From assembly GCA_026770705.1 (NCBI GenBank), contig JANJGN010000035.1, positions 7,378,001 to 7,442,000 of the forward strand: 64,000 bases of DNA, in the 5' to 3' direction. How positions within the stretch are numbered: position 1 is the stretch's first letter; every line of letters starts with the position of its first letter. Shown piece by piece: positions 60,569 to 64,000 of this stretch. Position numbers and translations under genes: made by a program. The notes under the pieces are model-generated. The model worked only from the letters and a program-made list of their open reading frames with translations, was not told the origin of the DNA and made no database searches. The DNA comes from Isurus oxyrinchus. Taxonomy: Eukaryota.

Positions 60569-61830
60569 CAGATGTCAGCTTCCACGTATACACTGAGGAA
60601 AATCGTTAACACTCCCCTGCCTTTTTCAGACGTCATGACCAACGAATGCGTTCGTGTGCCTCAACTTCTTTTGGATTGGTCCTTCTTTAAAATTAGAAAG
60701 GTTTTGCAGTAGTTTGCCATTGCCTTCTTCAATGTGGCTGACCAGACATCACAACCTTTCAAAGATGCCATCAGGCATATTTGAAGGAGTACATAATGAT
60801 TATCCATTTGCTTGGCTACCTTATGATCGCATCTTCCATGGCTATCAAATCCTGAAGTGGAATTTTAAAGCACAACTTCCGCCCCAAAATAGGGACGCTA
60901 CTGAAATGCAATAAGTCCTCTGCAAGACACATTGCACTTCAACATTGGTCTATTTATCCTTTCACTCGTCCTGTACTCTCAGACACCTGTAACGTCAGGT
61001 TGCTTTTAGCATTTAACCTGCTGTCAATACGCCATTCACAAAGTTTTATTCCTTGTTTTTTGAGCAATTATATACACCAAAGTCAAATAAGCCTTTTTTT
61101 TCTTAACAAAGCTGCGCTCATTTTTTCAGGCTGTAATAGGCAAGGTAGATGGGGTAAATGCAACGCAATTAGTCTGAATTGACTGTCTACAATACAATAA
61201 GGTAAAACGTCGGGAATTTGTAAAGAATAAAGTTGTGAAATTTGGATTGTATACCAGTTTTGGCAGTTGGTCAACGGCTACAGTATTTGATCGTGCATAT
61301 TGGTAATGGCATGATCCTGTTTCAGTCTGTGGGAGTTTCCAACCTCAGACCATATCAAAGACCTCTATATAGCCTATGGTCGTATCAAAATTTGAAAATT
61401 GTGGCGCATTAGACAAAAGCTTTGCAGAAATCCACGGATGTTGCAAGTGCGTTTGTTTGTGTGCACTACAAATAAGCATTACCGCTGACAATTTCTCGTG
61501 CGTGCTTGTGCAGGTGTTTTTTTTTTTGAATGGAGTTACATTGGACGTTTAATCCGACTGGATTTCTGCACTTAACGTCTGCGCTATATATTTTATGCTG
61601 AGCGGACTTTGAAATTCTGGAATTTCCTTTCAATATGATGTCGTTGGTTTAATGTCTCCATGCTCCCATGGGAGAGGGAGCAAGCCATTACAAAATATGG
61701 TTATCTTGGGAAACGTGTCTCAAAATTGGAAAAAAAAAAATAGGATATGGTAAAGACCATCTGAGCTGAAAAAGGCGACGTCAGTAAAGTGATTAGTTCC
61801 CTTGTTCTGAAAGAGAACAGGTTATAAATA

Positions 61831-62740
61831 CTCGTTATCTTGACTCCCTTCTCTCTCCCCTTGTCCAGTCCCTTCCCACCTACATACGTGATTCCTCTGA
61901 CACCTTACGTCACATCAACAATTTCCAGTTCCCTGGCTCCAACTGCTTCCTCTTCACCATGGACGTCCAATTCCTCTACACCTCCATCCCCCACCAGGAT
62001 GGTCTGAGGGCCCTTAGCTTCTTCCTCGAACAGAGGCCCGAACAATCCCCATCCACCACTACTCTCCTCCGTCTGGCTGAACTTGTTCTCACGTTGAACA
62101 ATTTCTCCTTCAATTCCTCTCACTTTCTCCAAATAAAATGTGTGGCTATGGGTACCCGCATGGGCTCCAGCTATGCCTGTCTCTTTATGGGGTATGTGGA
62201 ACATTCCTTGTTGCAGTCCTACTCCGGCCCCCTTCCACAACTTTTTCTCCGGTACATCGATGATTACTTCGGTGCTGCTTCATGCTCTCGTCAGGACTTG
62301 GAAAAATTTATTAATTTTGCTTCCAATCTCCACCCCTCCATCATTTTCACGTGGTCCATCTCTGACACTTCCCTTCCCTTCCTTGACCTCTCTGTCTCAA
62401 TCTCTGGTGATAGACTGTCCACCAATATCCATTACAAACCCACCGACTCCCACAGCTACCTCGACTACAGTTCCTCACACCCCGCTTCCTGTAAGGACTC
62501 CATCCCATTCTTCCAGTTCCTTCGCCTTCGTCGCATCTGTTCCGATGATGCTACCTTCAAAAACGGTTCCTCTGACATGTCCTCCTTCTTCCTTAACCGA
62601 TGTTTTCCACCCACGATCGTTGACAGGACCCTCAACCGTGTCCGGCCCATCTCCCGTGCATCCACACTCACGCCTTCTCCTCCCTCCCAGAAACATGATA
62701 GGTTCCCCCTTGTCCTCACTTATCAGCCCACCAGCCTCCA
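61831..62740 (+). mobile_element. Internal RT fragment of the same young PLE family (open ORF 61959-62771)
   Basis: Near-identical to the reverse complement of about 40140-41048, including MDVQFLYTSIPH and RYIDDYFG. No pLTR or GIY-YIG. Confidence 0.92.
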
Positions 62741-62754
62741 CATGCAGAAGAGTA

Positions 62755-63378
62755 AATTCAGGGAAGTGTGAGTGAAATATTGCTTCACTTGAAAGGAATC
62801 TTTGGGCATTTGGACAATGAGGACGTTGGAAGTAAAGGGGGAAATGTTGCACCTTCTGCGGTTGCAAGGGAAGTATCCATCGGAACGTGCTTTGGAGTAG
62901 GGGCTGATGGAGCAGTGGACCAGCGAGTCCCGCGGGCAACATTCCCTGCAGCATGCTGCCAAGGGGCTTTAACAGAAGATGTGTTTTGTATTGGCATCAT
63001 GCTGGATTTGGCAGTAATGGCAAAGTGTGAAGCTTTGAATGCGGAGGCTGGTGGGGTGATATATGTTGACAAGGGGGACCATATCATTGTTCTGGTAGCG
63101 AGAGGAAGGTGTGAGGGCTGATGCACGGGAGACAGGCTGGGCACGGATGAGGGCCCTGTAATCGACAGTGGGTTGAAAATCTCAGTTAAGGAAGAAGGAA
63201 GACATGTCGGAGGAATTGCTTTTGGAAGTGGCATAAATGGAACAGATGTGATGGAAGCGATGGAATAGAGGGAACTGGATGAAGTGCTTACAGGAAGCTG
63301 GTTGTGAGGAGCTGTAGTCAAGGTAGCTGTGGGAGCTGCTAGGTTTGTAGTGAATATTGGTGGGCAATCTATCAACAA
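62755..63378 (-). mobile_element. Older, diverged PLE fragment (RT C-terminus and Cys linker)
   Basis: 'TNIHYKPSSSHSYLDYSSSQPASCKHFIQF' and 'FPCNRRRCNISPFTS...FQVKQYFT'. Confidence 0.85.
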
Positions 63379-64000
63379 AAAATATGCTGACCTATCTCAA
63401 ACTTGTTGTCCTTGCACCTTATGCTCCTCTAAATAAAACGCATTGCATTGCACTATTCATTCAATGAGTAGTGAACCATTTCTCCCTTCAACATCTTTAT
63501 TGATTGACATGACATAGCTCCAAGTTTCTCTGCTCCTGTATTTAGAAATATACTATTCATTGAGATTCCCATTTAGCATGCTTTCTTCCAAATGATCTAC
63601 TTAACAACTGTATGCATTATTATTTATCTGTCGCTTGACATCTCTTGAACCAGCCGAGTTGTCTCAATTTGAAAGAGGTAATTAATGTTCTTCACAATCT
63701 AAAATGCTTCCAAGTTGTGGCCCATTGACCTCAGTCTCAGTTTTGAATATGTGTTTGTATTTTCTACTGAGACCTGATAGTCTTTGGGAAAACCAAAATT
63801 AATTGCCCAGACTTATTTTTTTTTTTCTCAGGCGAAGGTGAGCTGTAGATAAATTTTCATATTCTAACCCTGACTTCGGCAATCCCACTATATGCCGTCA
63901 TTATGACCCAGCCAATGGTCTTTGATAGCTGTTCAAACCCTAGAAGGAGACTTGAAACAACCTGAATTTCTTTCAGCTCTAGCTTCTGGCACGCAGGAAA

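Noticed and set aside
1-64000. CRISPR arrays, operons, retrons or other prokaryotic systems
   Set aside because: No repeat-spacer arrays or dense coding. All RT motifs belong to eukaryotic LINE or Penelope elements, and the gene has spliceosomal introns.

Overview
AT-rich, repeat-dense vertebrate genomic DNA, not prokaryotic. The NLR type and the CR1/Penelope/SINE content point to a cartilaginous fish (inferred). The one host gene I can reconstruct is a plus-strand, multi-exon NOD-like receptor (CARD-like N-terminus, NACHT, short LRR; about 1631-32631). Its NACHT and LRR exons are disabled, but its three N-terminal exons remain open with intact splice sites. The rest is mostly retroelements: nested CR1/L2-group LINEs, a decayed Gmr1-like Gypsy element, SINEs and several Penelope-like elements (PLEs). 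One young PLE (39076-41964) has about 510-bp inverted pseudo-LTRs and a 16-bp target-site duplication. It carries minimal hammerhead ribozymes with a variant core (CUGUCGA); the most intact copy of that ribozyme is a solo about 100-bp insertion at 47366. There is a 150-N assembly gap at 59964-60113. All family assignments come from manual translation and recalled motifs; no database search was run.
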